Of a stretch of DNA of 64,000 nt, positions 19,954 to 28,648 are shown in pieces. The notes under the pieces are model-generated. The model was not told where the DNA came from and made no database searches. It saw only the letters and a list, made by a program, of their open reading frames with translations. This DNA comes from a virus (taxonomy: Duplodnaviria; Heunggongvirae; Uroviricota; Caudoviricetes): the IMG/VR virus record IMGVR_UViG_3300042006_000037; one strand, 5' to 3'. How positions within the stretch are numbered: the stretch's first letter is position 1; every line of letters begins with the position of its first letter. The position numbers were made by a program, and so were the translations under genes.

Positions 19954-20511
19954 ATGAAGATGACAATTACCAAAGGCATGAAGGGTAGGGTATTTGCTGC
20001 TCTGATTGCTGCTGGTGTAGCTGGACCATCTGCTTACATTGCATCTGAGTTAACAGTTCCATCTGAGGGTGTTCTAACACATCTTCATTTGGACCCTGTT
20101 GGGTTGCAGACTACATGCATTGGGCACTTGGTGAAGAAAGGTGAGACACCAAAACAGAACTACACCGAAGACGAATGTATTGCTCAGTTCGTTAAAGACT
20201 GGATTATACACGAGAAGATTGTTGAACAGGCTGTGAAAGTTCCATTCAGGTCTGGTTGGATGAAAGGTGCTGTAACAGACTTCACGTTCAACAAAGGTGG
20301 TGGGAATCTAAACTCTAGCACAATGCTTACAAAGTTGAATCGTCAGGATTACGACGGTGCCTGTGTTGAGTTGACAAAATGGGTGTTTGGTACGATTGCT
20401 GGTAAGAAAGTCAAACTTAAGGGTTTGGAGATTCGAGCCAGTAAACAGTATAAATACTGTATGGGTGAGGTTCCTGCTGATTACAAACCGTTAATGAAAA
20501 CATGGGAGTAA
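19954..20511 (+). CDS. SAR endolysin (GH24 T4-lysozyme-like, phage P21 R-like), 185 aa
   Basis: N-terminal Gly/Ala-rich weakly hydrophobic SAR segment VFAALIAAGVAGPSAYIA. EGV..D..CIGH and FNKGGGNL..GAC..L..W regions match P21 R by eye. SD aggag. Confidence 0.8.
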   Translation: MKMTITKGMKGRVFAALIAAGVAGPSAYIASELTVPSEGVLTHLHLDPVGLQTTCIGHLVKKGETPKQNYTEDECIAQFVKDWIIHEKIVEQAVKVPFRSGWMKGAVTDFTFNKGGGNLNSSTMLTKLNRQDYDGACVELTKWVFGTIAGKKVKLKGLEIRASKQYKYCMGEVPADYKPLMKTWE

Positions 20512-20515
20512 CAAC

Positions 20516-20776
20516 ATGGGTAAAAGATTTTATAAACACCTGTGCAAACATTACCAACTTTACTCCTTTACTGCAAACATTCTGAATGCCGTGAGTATGG
20601 CTGGCCTTGCATTACTTGGACTTCTTACTGACACTATGGCTGTTACTTGGTTAGTCGGTTGGGGTATCATGTTCGCAATACTTTTCGGTATTGGTAAGTT
20701 ACTCGATCAAGAGATTGATGACTTGGATAAAGTTAAGGAGCATACTAATGAATCTAATTGCGGCAATAAAGAGTAA
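20516..20776 (+). CDS. putative holin (pinholin-like, two TMDs), 86 aa
   Basis: Two hydrophobic helices (VSMAGLALLGLLT and VTWLVGWGIMFAILFGIG) and a charged C-terminus. It sits immediately downstream of the SAR endolysin. Confidence 0.55.
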   Translation: MGKRFYKHLCKHYQLYSFTANILNAVSMAGLALLGLLTDTMAVTWLVGWGIMFAILFGIGKLLDQEIDDLDKVKEHTNESNCGNKE

Positions 20777-21131
20777 AGGTTTAACTCTTCTTGTTATTAT
20801 CCTGATGACGTTGCTCAGTGTTTCGTACATGTCGGGTAAGTCTGACAGGGAAGCGTTGGACGCTGCTCAGGATAAGTTACTGACACATGTAACGCTGAAC
20901 AAGCGTTTGTCTGAACAGAACTTGGAATTAGCGGAAGAGCTTAAAAACAAACCAAAAGAATATATCACCATCACAAAAGAAGTTAGTAAGGAAGTGTGTA
21001 ATGGTTTTGTAAAACAACAGGTTATAAATTCGCTACCATCCAAGAAGGGGGTTGTCAATGAAGATGCTAAGCAAAACGTTGCAGACATTGATGATCGCTT
21101 GCCTACTGATCTTATCAAGTTGCTCAAATAA
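20748..21131 (+). CDS. i-spanin (Rz-like), 127 aa
   Basis: AAGGAG SD before ATG 20748. N-terminal TMD LLVIILMTLLSVSYM, then coiled-coil periplasmic domain. Confidence 0.65.
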   Translation: MNLIAAIKSKGLTLLVIILMTLLSVSYMSGKSDREALDAAQDKLLTHVTLNKRLSEQNLELAEELKNKPKEYITITKEVSKEVCNGFVKQQVINSLPSKKGVVNEDAKQNVADIDDRLPTDLIKLLK

Positions 21132-21360
21132 GCCACCGGAGACGATTGTAGAGACGATCTATCAAAAGCAGTACATTCCCTTGGATTTGCTAAGAGTTAG
21201 TTGTATAGAGCAATCAGCGGGCGAGACAGTGCGTACTCTCGCTAGTTCATGGGTAAACAACACGAGCTGCCTTCGTGCACACCAGATTTTGGTTGAAGGA
21301 TTAATTAAAAACCATACACAAGAAGGGGCAGTCAATAATGAGCAACCCACCAGAAAGTAA
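21058..21360 (+). CDS. o-spanin (Rz1-like outer-membrane lipoprotein), 100 aa
   Basis: Signal peptide plus lipobox LLILSSC. It starts inside the i-spanin gene in another frame and extends past its stop (overlapped architecture). Confidence 0.65.
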   Translation: MKMLSKTLQTLMIACLLILSSCSNKPPETIVETIYQKQYIPLDLLRVSCIEQSAGETVRTLASSWVNNTSCLRAHQILVEGLIKNHTQEGAVNNEQPTRK

Positions 21361-21649
21361 GTTACAGGAATTGATTGCGAAGTTTGGTGGTTGGGCTGGT
21401 ATCGCTCTAGTATCCTTGTCTGCATTTATGTATCAAGGTGATAAGGCAAACACTCAGTCATCAATATCTAGTTTGGAAAAGAGTATTGCAAGTACTCAAA
21501 GGGAAATTAGTCGTCTGCAAGAAGGTAAAGTGAGTCGAGAAGAATTCAAGTCTGTTCAAGAACAATGGATTCGTGAGACGCAAGGATTACGTCAGGATAT
21601 TCGTGAACTAACTGGTGCTCTTCGTGTTGACTTGAACGCTCCAAAGTAA
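21338..21649 (+). CDS. membrane protein (1 TMD + coiled coil), 103 aa
   Basis: WAGIALVSLSAFMY TMD. Last gene before the convergent terminator. Confidence 0.5.
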   Translation: MSNPPESKLQELIAKFGGWAGIALVSLSAFMYQGDKANTQSSISSLEKSIASTQREISRLQEGKVSREEFKSVQEQWIRETQGLRQDIRELTGALRVDLNAPK

Positions 21650-21662
21650 ATTACAAGCACAA

Positions 21663-21700
21663 TTAAGCCCGGATACCTTTGATTAGGTCCGGGCTTTTTC
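21663..21700. terminator. convergent (bidirectional) terminator between the lysis cassette and the leftward early operon
   Basis: AGCCCGGA-14 nt-TCCGGGCT stem followed by TTTTTC. It lies between the last plus gene and the last minus gene. Confidence 0.7.
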
Positions 21701-21707
21701 ATATCTA

Positions 21708-21962
21708 CTATTTGCTGAAAGCTTTACGTGCAGCGTCTGCCCTACTCAGGATTGGACTAGCAATTTCGCGAATCGACTTTAGGAACTCACGAAGATGTAA
21801 CTCATGTGGTTTAAGATACGTTTGACCCATCTTCTCATAGAATGTTCTGATGAAAGCGTCATCACCATACCCAGCAAGAGCATCGAGTGCCCTTAGTTCA
21901 CCCTCTGTCACCGTGAACTTTGCAGTTACAGTCACTACAGGTAGTTCAACTATCTTAGCCAT
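21708..21962 (-). CDS. hypothetical protein, 84 aa
   Basis: ORF-track ORF. Its start overlaps the stop of the upstream minus-strand gene. Confidence 0.5.
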   Translation of the reverse strand: MAKIVELPVVTVTAKFTVTEGELRALDALAGYGDDAFIRTFYEKMGQTYLKPHELHLREFLKSIREIASPILSRADAARKAFSK

Positions 21963-22315
21963 TACTTAACAACCTTTGTCGGTTCATCTTTCAACATTTC
22001 ATCAAGCTTCTTATTCAGAAGGTCAACACCTTTACCACCAATCTCCTTTGCTGCATCACTGGTAACCACGTTGTAGGTCACACCCGCCGCTGCAATGATT
22101 GCCATTTCTTTCTTACTTGGTATCAGTGTTGCACAAAGTGATAACACAATACACACTGGAATCAACCACTTGCAAAATTTTGGTACAGGATCACCTTCGA
22201 AAAATGCATTGAGCATACTCCACCCAATTATTGAACCGGTAATTAAACTGGCAGCGATCAACCAACCTTGAACATTCTCAAGGATCATCAACAGGTATAA
22301 GATAAAGAATTCCAT
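21962..22315 (-). CDS. membrane protein (3 predicted TMDs), 117 aa
   Basis: Hydrophobic segments ILYLLMILENVQGWLIAASLI, PVCIVLSLCATLI and MAIIAAAGV. Start/stop overlaps with both neighbours. Confidence 0.5.
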   Translation of the reverse strand: MEFFILYLLMILENVQGWLIAASLITGSIIGWSMLNAFFEGDPVPKFCKWLIPVCIVLSLCATLIPSKKEMAIIAAAGVTYNVVTSDAAKEIGGKGVDLLNKKLDEMLKDEPTKVVK

Positions 22316-22704
22316 TAATCAAGCATCTCCTGAGTTACGATAACATCAACTTGTTTAGACTTCTCAACACCCCAGAATGAACAAGTGAGATGTTTATCTA
22401 CCCATGCACCAATCAATGCTTTAAGTTCTTCACGATCCTCTGGATTGCAATAACCAAAATCCTCAGCATATTCACCAGCTTCATCACAGGCTGCGCAGTT
22501 TAGATCATCAATGAAGCTTTCAATGCGATGATCAGTAATGAAATCAGATGGTATAAAATCACGAGCAACAGCCTCATAATATGTGATTGTATCACCAACT
22601 TTCAATTCTTCAAAGCTTTCATTAATGATATCAACAATAATATCACCAACACAATCAGTATTGAAGTTCTCATTGTCTTTGCTATATACGATGCGCTCGG
22701 TCAT
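22315..22704 (-). CDS. hypothetical acidic protein, 129 aa
   Basis: ORF-track ORF. Translationally coupled to its neighbours. Confidence 0.5.
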   Translation of the reverse strand: MTERIVYSKDNENFNTDCVGDIIVDIINESFEELKVGDTITYYEAVARDFIPSDFITDHRIESFIDDLNCAACDEAGEYAEDFGYCNPEDREELKALIGAWVDKHLTCSFWGVEKSKQVDVIVTQEMLD

Positions 22705-22934
22705 TTGAAATACTCATCCATAGTTGCGTCCATTAGTTTGTCATACAGGTGATGACCGGGAAACAACCCATCCTGTCGCAGCCTGACATCTGCTCTGTGC
22801 TTGATTAGTTCAAAAGCGTTAGCTTCACCCATGTTAGTTCGTACAACGTCCTGACAGTCCCAGTGGCACTTCAGAAGACCATTGAATACTTGACCATCGA
22901 TCATTGGATTGTTACAACCGGGACAGTTATTCAT
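22701..22934 (-). CDS. hypothetical Cys-rich protein (CxxC..CxxxC), 77 aa
   Basis: MNNCPGCNN..CHWDC zinc-ribbon-like spacing. ATGA overlap with the downstream gene. Confidence 0.45.
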   Translation of the reverse strand: MNNCPGCNNPMIDGQVFNGLLKCHWDCQDVVRTNMGEANAFELIKHRADVRLRQDGLFPGHHLYDKLMDATMDEYFK

Positions 22935-23149
22935 ACAATCAGATCCATATGTTTACTAATACCATTCCAAAGATCCATTTGTGCTTTACAATCACGTTCC
23001 ATATCAAACCCTAGATCACGACCGAGTTGTCGTGCTGTTAACTCTGAAGTGTTTGCAATAGCCGTCAACCACTTCAGTTCGTCAAGCGATTCAATGGTGA
23101 TTACGATTGGTTCAAATACTGGAACAACTACTTCTCTTTCAACTTTCAT
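22931..23149 (-). CDS. hypothetical protein, 72 aa
   Basis: ORF-track ORF. ATGA overlaps at both ends. Confidence 0.45.
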   Translation of the reverse strand: MKVEREVVVPVFEPIVITIESLDELKWLTAIANTSELTARQLGRDLGFDMERDCKAQMDLWNGISKHMDLIV

Positions 23150-23316
23150 CGACCTTTACTCCAACGAATTTTACGAACCATCTCTTCAGCTTGTTTTGCA
23201 TAACGTTCATCATCACAGAATACAGCAATGGTAGAAAGCAGTGAAAACATCTCAATATAATGATCAGGATTGATCTTTGCGGGTTGTTGTTCATCTGGTC
23301 TTGTTATAAAGTCCAT
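23146..23316 (-). CDS. hypothetical protein, 56 aa (not in ORF track, <60 aa)
   Basis: Minus-strand ATG at 23316 overlaps the upstream stop and its TGA overlaps the ATG at 23149. Translates MDFITRPDEQQPAK...IRWSKGR. It fills an otherwise empty gap in the operon. Confidence 0.45.
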   Translation of the reverse strand: MDFITRPDEQQPAKINPDHYIEMFSLLSTIAVFCDDERYAKQAEEMVRKIRWSKGR

Positions 23317-23534
23317 TATTTCAGTTCTCCGTCAATATGTCGGCTGCATCGGCAACCTTGCAAATAGTGATAAAATTGTTCTTGTGGGCTCTTGTCGAAT
23401 AAGACTGACAACTTACCCGACCGAATGCACAGACATCCTTCTTCAAAGTATTCAACACCGTCAATACAGTTACGATCAGGGTATGTCATGATTTCATCAA
23501 GCGATAAGTAACGCATCATATAAGTAACCATCAT
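23316..23534 (-). CDS. hypothetical protein, 72 aa
   Basis: ORF-track ORF. Coupled to its neighbours. Confidence 0.45.
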   Translation of the reverse strand: MMVTYMMRYLSLDEIMTYPDRNCIDGVEYFEEGCLCIRSGKLSVLFDKSPQEQFYHYLQGCRCSRHIDGELK

Positions 23535-23731
23535 TTGTTATACCAATGTACGTGAGTTGCACCTTTTGGTGGATAATCAGACCACACACCGTAACTATAA
23601 CTGTAGTGTGTTTCAGTACCATAATAACCATTACCATCCTCTGGAATGAATGCACCAACGTCGACACATCCATCAAACTCAGGGATTGACATAACATCAG
23701 AATACTTGTCACGCTTTTGAATAAATATCAT
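23531..23731 (-). CDS. hypothetical protein, 66 aa
   Basis: ORF-track ORF. Coupled to its neighbours. Confidence 0.45.
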   Translation of the reverse strand: MIFIQKRDKYSDVMSIPEFDGCVDVGAFIPEDGNGYYGTETHYSYSYGVWSDYPPKGATHVHWYNK

Positions 23732-23946
23732 TCTGTTCGTTTAACCTTGTGTTCAAATGAGTTAGTATCATACACTGGTTTGATTCGTTGTTCAACACCA
23801 GAAACCTTATTGGAAGTAGACACCTCACAATGTTTAACCACGGGCTGCTCAGCCTGACTATGTGAGTAGGTGGATAAAGCACCACCGCCAATAATACCGA
23901 ACAGTACACCAATCAATGTACAACCAAGTTTGTCAAAACCGTGCAT
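23728..23946 (-). CDS. small membrane protein, 72 aa
   Basis: ATG is at the second codon of listed ORF 23728..23949 (the first codon is TTG). TMD LIGVLFGIIGGGAL. Confidence 0.45.
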   Translation of the reverse strand: MHGFDKLGCTLIGVLFGIIGGGALSTYSHSQAEQPVVKHCEVSTSNKVSGVEQRIKPVYDTNSFEHKVKRTE

Positions 23947-24125
23947 CAATTATCCATCCATTCAAGTGCTTCATCAACATTGTTAAACAACTTTCGATTA
24001 CTTAACTTAGGAACTCGCACATCTTTAGGATACGCTTTATCGTTGTAGTTGATGATCCATGCTTTGTCTGTTTCTTTAATCAGACGACATGCTATCATCA
24101 TTCCACTTTGACTTGCAAGAATCAT
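23946..24125 (-). CDS. hypothetical protein, 59 aa (not in ORF track)
   Basis: Translates MILASQSGMMIACRLIKETDKAWIINYNDKAY...EWMDN. TGATG and ATGA overlaps with both flanking genes. Confidence 0.45.
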   Translation of the reverse strand: MILASQSGMMIACRLIKETDKAWIINYNDKAYPKDVRVPKLSNRKLFNNVDEALEWMDN

Positions 24126-24295
24126 ACTCTACTTCCCTCGACTTTGTTTGATGTACCAAAACCACGCACCACATGACCCCATGGTTTTACTTTTAATTCA
24201 GCAGCTGTCCATGCATCTTGTAGCTTCGAAACACAGAAGTCTAGTTCATATTTTCTGTTCATATCAGGATCATAAATCAACATACTGACAATCAT
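24122..24295 (-). CDS. hypothetical protein, 57 aa (not in ORF track)
   Basis: Translates MIVSMLIYDPDMNRKYELDFCVSKLQDAWTAAELK.... ATGA overlaps at both ends, keeping the operon gap-free. Confidence 0.45.
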   Translation of the reverse strand: MIVSMLIYDPDMNRKYELDFCVSKLQDAWTAAELKVKPWGHVVRGFGTSNKVEGSRV

Positions 24296-24480
24296 TCTTC
24301 ATCCATTCCAAGTTCTAGTTGAGTATCAAGCTCTTGTTGAATTGTTTCGATATCAGCTGACAACTCTTGAGCACAGAAGATTGCCTCATCAAAGTCAATG
24401 CAGTTTTCAATATCATCAAGTCGCTGACGAACACCTTCAAGTTCAAGATACCAAGATGTTCCGTAGTCGCGAATATTCAT
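24292..24480 (-). CDS. hypothetical acidic protein, 62 aa
   Basis: ORF-track ORF. Its start overlaps the ligase stop. Confidence 0.45.
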   Translation of the reverse strand: MNIRDYGTSWYLELEGVRQRLDDIENCIDFDEAIFCAQELSADIETIQQELDTQLELGMDEE

Positions 24481-25631
24481 TACTCTTCCTTCAACAGATA
24501 CTTGTTGCTGATCACTTTAAACGAGAAGTCCCGCTCCATACTCTTGTAAACTACACCTTCCCTGTATTTACCATTCAAACCGGATGGACCATCAGCATCT
24601 TCAATAGCTTCAGCAACTGTCGGTAAGAGCGATACAATACCAGCTGGTGGTACACCAGTCAACTCATAATCTGCAATAAATTCAAGACGTTCTGAAGGTA
24701 ACAGATATTTCTGCTTGTCAATATCATAGATGTCATAGATGTAGAATTGATTACTCTTGACACCTTCGAAGTTCTTCTGAATGCTTGGACCAACCATTTC
24801 ACCCTGAATAGCAAGGTTTCGACCTTCATGAACCAATGCAGTCAATACACCAGAGTTGTTAGCCATCTGAGTGAACGCATTGACATCGGCTTCAAGTTGT
24901 GTAACAAACTTAGCATGACGGAAACCATGTTTCTTCACCTGTTTGAAGTAATCACGGAACGACTGTACAAAACCTTTGTTCTCTGTTTGCAGACGGAAAC
25001 TTACATTGCGGGAAGCAACACCAGTCACACCATTCTTAATCCAGATAGTCATAGAAGAACCGTCAAGTTTGAATGTCTTCTCGAACAGTTCACCAGATTC
25101 AACAGATTGCAAGTAACGTGGAACAATGTTCTGCACACGATTCTGGTCAGTCTTTGGAATGAACGAAGGGAATGGCTTAGTTACACGTCCTTTAACACCA
25201 TCAGCAACACCAGCGTTATTCATCGAACGCTCTTCACCTTTCTCATACTTCAGAACACCGAGGAACTTGGTGAAGTCTTGATCAACTTCCACACCACCAA
25301 GATCAAAGATGTTAAGTTCTGACAATGGCACACAGAAACCCTGCGACAGTTGTTTCATCAACTTAGCTGTCTTGATTCGAGCATAACCCTTACCATCAAT
25401 CTCAAACAACAGTTTGGAACTAAGACGATTAGCCAGTTCTGCAAATGCAGGATGTGCAGTTGGAAGTAGGGAATCAACTTCAAAATACATGCATTTTTCG
25501 CCAACCTTGTACAGACCTTTACCAACAACTACTTGCCAACCACCAATAAAGGCAAGTTCAATTCTTTCTGCACCAGCAATCTCATGCAGGCTATCAATTT
25601 GTACAATACGAGCCAATTTACGATCAGACAT
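24480..25631 (-). CDS. ATP-dependent RNA ligase, Rnl5-like (N-terminal OB-like domain + nucleotidyltransferase), 383 aa
   Basis: Covalent-nucleotidyltransferase motif I KLDGSS at ~aa 190 and motif IV/V EGVVYK near the C-terminus. The ~180-aa N-terminal extension and lack of a C-terminal OB domain match the Deinococcus/Naegleria Rnl5 architecture. Confidence 0.6.
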   Translation of the reverse strand: MSDRKLARIVQIDSLHEIAGAERIELAFIGGWQVVVGKGLYKVGEKCMYFEVDSLLPTAHPAFAELANRLSSKLLFEIDGKGYARIKTAKLMKQLSQGFCVPLSELNIFDLGGVEVDQDFTKFLGVLKYEKGEERSMNNAGVADGVKGRVTKPFPSFIPKTDQNRVQNIVPRYLQSVESGELFEKTFKLDGSSMTIWIKNGVTGVASRNVSFRLQTENKGFVQSFRDYFKQVKKHGFRHAKFVTQLEADVNAFTQMANNSGVLTALVHEGRNLAIQGEMVGPSIQKNFEGVKSNQFYIYDIYDIDKQKYLLPSERLEFIADYELTGVPPAGIVSLLPTVAEAIEDADGPSGLNGKYREGVVYKSMERDFSFKVISNKYLLKEE

Positions 25632-25912
25632 TAATATTCTCCATTTTGTTTATCAATTGCATCTTGTACGATTAGTGTTATTTTAGAACCGTTGTTTTCG
25701 ATGAAGTATTCCAGTTCATCTTCATCGAAAGACCACCAACCGATTGAGTCCTTTCCTTTGGCAGATGAAACACAGAAAGCTGTTTCTCTGTATCCATAGA
25801 ATTCAGTGTCACAAGCAGCGTTGCTATCGAATGTGCCTTTAACATGATAATCCTCAATGTCAGTTACGTTGAACTTTGTGTATTCCGAGAATACTAGATT
25901 GCTAAATTCCAA
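25631..25912 (-). CDS. hypothetical protein, 93 aa (TTG start)
   Basis: No in-frame ATG. GAGGAG SD lies 9 nt before the TTG, and an in-frame stop sits immediately upstream. Confidence 0.45.
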   Translation of the reverse strand: MEFSNLVFSEYTKFNVTDIEDYHVKGTFDSNAACDTEFYGYRETAFCVSSAKGKDSIGWWSFDEDELEYFIENNGSKITLIVQDAIDKQNGEY

Positions 25913-26015
25913 TCTTCAATACTCCTCAAATTATCCCGTAGGTATATTGCCTCTTTGATTGTATTGCAAACAATGCAATGCCAACCTCCTGTTTTAATAA
26001 TCCAAATCTCGTATT

Positions 26016-26288
26016 TCAACCCCATCGTCCTTTCTGCCAATATTCTCGACCACGGAATTTAAATGAGTCTTCAAGAACTATTGGTGATACTGGTCGCAAT
26101 TCATCCATGATTACAAAGTCCATTTCAATACCATTGATCTTATCGAACTCTTTCTCGGTAATTACTTCCAGTCTATCACCATATCTTTCGTGAAGCAGGT
26201 CAATCATTTTTGTTTGTCGATCAGTTCTCTCACCTACGACAACCAGTAAGAACTTGTCATCAGAATCGTGTGATTTCACCGAGTTCAT
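26016..26288 (-). CDS. hypothetical protein, ~90 aa
   Basis: Internal ATG (MNSVKSHDSDD...) has a GAGG SD 9 nt upstream. The longer listed ORF 26016..26351 overlaps the next gene. Confidence 0.45.
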   Translation of the reverse strand: MNSVKSHDSDDKFLLVVVGERTDRQTKMIDLLHERYGDRLEVITEKEFDKINGIEMDFVIMDELRPVSPIVLEDSFKFRGREYWQKGRWG

Positions 26289-26445
26289 TTGTGTAAACCT
26301 CATAACCATCCATGTCACAGTTGTTAAGGTTTGGCATAATAAATCGGTCAAGGTCTGTGATCGTACCTGAACCTAACGCCATCATTTGAGCTTCAATCTT
26401 TGATTCCATAGATGACCCGAAGGCCATATATGGTTCCCATTTCAC
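26260..26445 (-). CDS. hypothetical protein, 61 aa
   Basis: ORF-track ORF between the helicase and the 26016 gene. Weak SD. Confidence 0.35.
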   Translation of the reverse strand: MKWEPYMAFGSSMESKIEAQMMALGSGTITDLDRFIMPNLNNCDMDGYEVYTNELGEITRF

Positions 26446-26459
26446 AATACTTTTAATTC

Positions 26460-28094
26460 TTACACCAGAATGTCCTGAAGCTCTCGATCCATTTGACGTA
26501 CCTGCTTTCCCACAACTTGATCAAACAATTCATCAACATCAAGCTCAGATGTAATCTCATGTTCATACTGAGTCATTGGAGAACAGCGCTCAATCATATG
26601 GATGACAGTTTGATTGTAACCCAACACTTTCTTGGTCCGAGTAAGAGCAACATACAACAAGTTGCGTTCCATATCCTGAAGACCAACCCACTCACCTTGT
26701 TGATTATACGGTGATGGAAAGTCATCTGCAAGAATAACAACATCAAACTCACGACCTTTAGATTTATGAGCAGTTGTCAGCGTTACATCTGGATCTTGAC
26801 AATTCTTATGCTTGGATAACACACCAAGGATTTTGTAAACAGAACCGTTCTGCACCATGTTAAACACACGAAGCAATTCACCTTGTACTGCTTCCGCTTC
26901 TGTCTCACACTCTTTCCAACTTGCAAACTGTACAAGGCTTTCGTGTTTAACCTTTGGAAGATTACCACGATGAAGCTCAATTGCCGAATCAAGCAGTTTG
27001 GTGAAGTCGGTGACATCAATTTCCAGATTGACACGCTTACCTTGTTCCATCAAATCAACGGCTTCAAATATCAGTGCCCCGTTAGTACGGAACAACATGG
27101 TGTATGGACCATCCCAAATTTCTTGTGGGATTTCATACTTGGGCATGATCTTAGTGGTTAGTTTCTCCCAACCTTTAACGGCTGTAATCTTACGACCATC
27201 ACGAGCCAGAACACAGTCAGCAAGATCACCAATTGCTTGACCAAAACGAAAACTCTTGGACAGCGAGGCTTCAGGCCAATCAAGTTCAAGCATTGCATTC
27301 TTCGCACCACGCCATGAATAAATGTTTTGGAAACCATCACCTACGGCATACAACCGACATTTATCTTTCTGACGCAAGAAGATATCAAGAACAACCTCGT
27401 TGACATCCTGACATTCATCCAGATACAACACTTCATAACGTGACAAGTCTGGTTTAGACAGTTGGAACAACTTCAGGTATGTATCGTGAGTAGCCAAGAC
27501 ATCCGAACGAAGATCAGTGCGAAGACGCCACAACTTCTGTGCACAACTCAATACCAAGTATTTGAATGCACGCATACTCTTTTCGTCTTTCAACAGAATC
27601 TGATCACAAGGGTTGATCGACACATGCTTGTAACCCAGTTCTTCATCAGCTGATTGTTCGTATTTAGCAACCGTTTCTTTAATGGCTACACCAACGCCAC
27701 CAGCCTTCATCTTGCGAGCTTCACGCTCACCTTCGATCATGTAAATGAAGTCACCAGTTTTGAAATACTTGGCAATCTCTGTACCGGTTCCAGCAACGTT
27801 TTTGTATGCACCTTGTGGACGTTTCAACTTCTTCTGAAGTTGTGCACCAAATGAAGCATATGCAAGACTGTGAGTTGTCCTGCATTCAACCCACGACGGA
27901 AAGCGCCCACGAGCCTCGTCAGCCAACGATTTGTTGAAAGTCAACATCAGACTAGGGACCACATGCTCTTCAGCCACCATCACGAGTGTAGACGTTTTAG
28001 CAGCACCTGCATAAGCAGAGATTTTCAGCAATCGATGAATCTTAGACTGAGCACATACATTGCCTTGTTCATCCGTTGGTACGATAACACTCAT
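26460..28094 (-). CDS. UvrD/Rep/PcrA-like superfamily 1 DNA helicase, 544 aa
   Basis: SF1 motifs: I AYAGAAKTSTL, Ia LTFNKSLADEARGR, II VLYLDECQDV, III VGDGFQNIYSWRGA, V/VI TTAHKSKGREFDVVIL and LLYVALTRTKKVL. Confidence 0.8.
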   Translation of the reverse strand: MSVIVPTDEQGNVCAQSKIHRLLKISAYAGAAKTSTLVMVAEEHVVPSLMLTFNKSLADEARGRFPSWVECRTTHSLAYASFGAQLQKKLKRPQGAYKNVAGTGTEIAKYFKTGDFIYMIEGEREARKMKAGGVGVAIKETVAKYEQSADEELGYKHVSINPCDQILLKDEKSMRAFKYLVLSCAQKLWRLRTDLRSDVLATHDTYLKLFQLSKPDLSRYEVLYLDECQDVNEVVLDIFLRQKDKCRLYAVGDGFQNIYSWRGAKNAMLELDWPEASLSKSFRFGQAIGDLADCVLARDGRKITAVKGWEKLTTKIMPKYEIPQEIWDGPYTMLFRTNGALIFEAVDLMEQGKRVNLEIDVTDFTKLLDSAIELHRGNLPKVKHESLVQFASWKECETEAEAVQGELLRVFNMVQNGSVYKILGVLSKHKNCQDPDVTLTTAHKSKGREFDVVILADDFPSPYNQQGEWVGLQDMERNLLYVALTRTKKVLGYNQTVIHMIERCSPMTQYEHEITSELDVDELFDQVVGKQVRQMDRELQDILV

Positions 28095-28294
28095 TTCACT
28101 TCTCTTTCTTCAATTGATGTCGAGTATTGTTCTTTATTCTTGTACTGAGGTTTTGACTCTTCCTCAATCTGAGCCATCACTGCTTTATCTTCTGAGTCAT
28201 AGATATCAAGGATGTTATCCCATTGATCGCAATAATCATAGTATAACTCGTATAAAATGTATACCTTCATGACCACCACTCCTTTATTCGCCAC
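28091..28294 (-). CDS. hypothetical acidic protein, 67 aa
   Basis: ORF-track ORF. Its stop overlaps the helicase start. Confidence 0.45.
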   Translation of the reverse strand: MANKGVVVMKVYILYELYYDYCDQWDNILDIYDSEDKAVMAQIEEESKPQYKNKEQYSTSIEEREVK

Positions 28295-28420
28295 AAGAGT
28301 GGCTTGTTCATGTGCTTAGGTAGTAACTGTACACGACTTTGTGGAGGAGTGCTACCACCAATTGAAATATATTTGTGTGATTCACCTGCTTTAAATCGCT
28401 TAGCTGGAATGTTACCTGTC

Positions 28421-28648
28421 TTAATCTTTATTCTCCTTGTCAAGCTGTTCTTGAATGTAGTCAATGTAATCTTCAGCATCGAATTTACTTTCGTTCGATT
28501 CACGCATGAAGACCTTAACTTGTTCCCATGTGAAGAGTGGAACGGTAGCATGTTTGTCCTTTGTAGCAAACGCGAAAAAGCAGTCTTGTGGGCGAAGTAT
28601 TTCAAGTACATCAGGTTTCATGTACGCAGTAGCTTTCAATGTTGTCAT
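28421..28648 (-). CDS. hypothetical protein, 75 aa
   Basis: ATG at M22 of listed ORF 28421..28711 has GAGGAA 6 nt upstream and overlaps the upstream gene's TGA (ATGA). Confidence 0.45.
   Translation of the reverse strand: MTTLKATAYMKPDVLEILRPQDCFFAFATKDKHATVPLFTWEQVKVFMRESNESKFDAEDYIDYIQEQLDKENKD

Noticed and set aside
28267-28611. 114-aa minus-strand ORF overlapping gene 28421..28648
   Set aside because: Lys/Arg-rich, junk-like translation with no SD. The alternative frame has a GAGGAA SD and ATGA coupling. The 28295-28420 stretch is left as a short intergenic gap.
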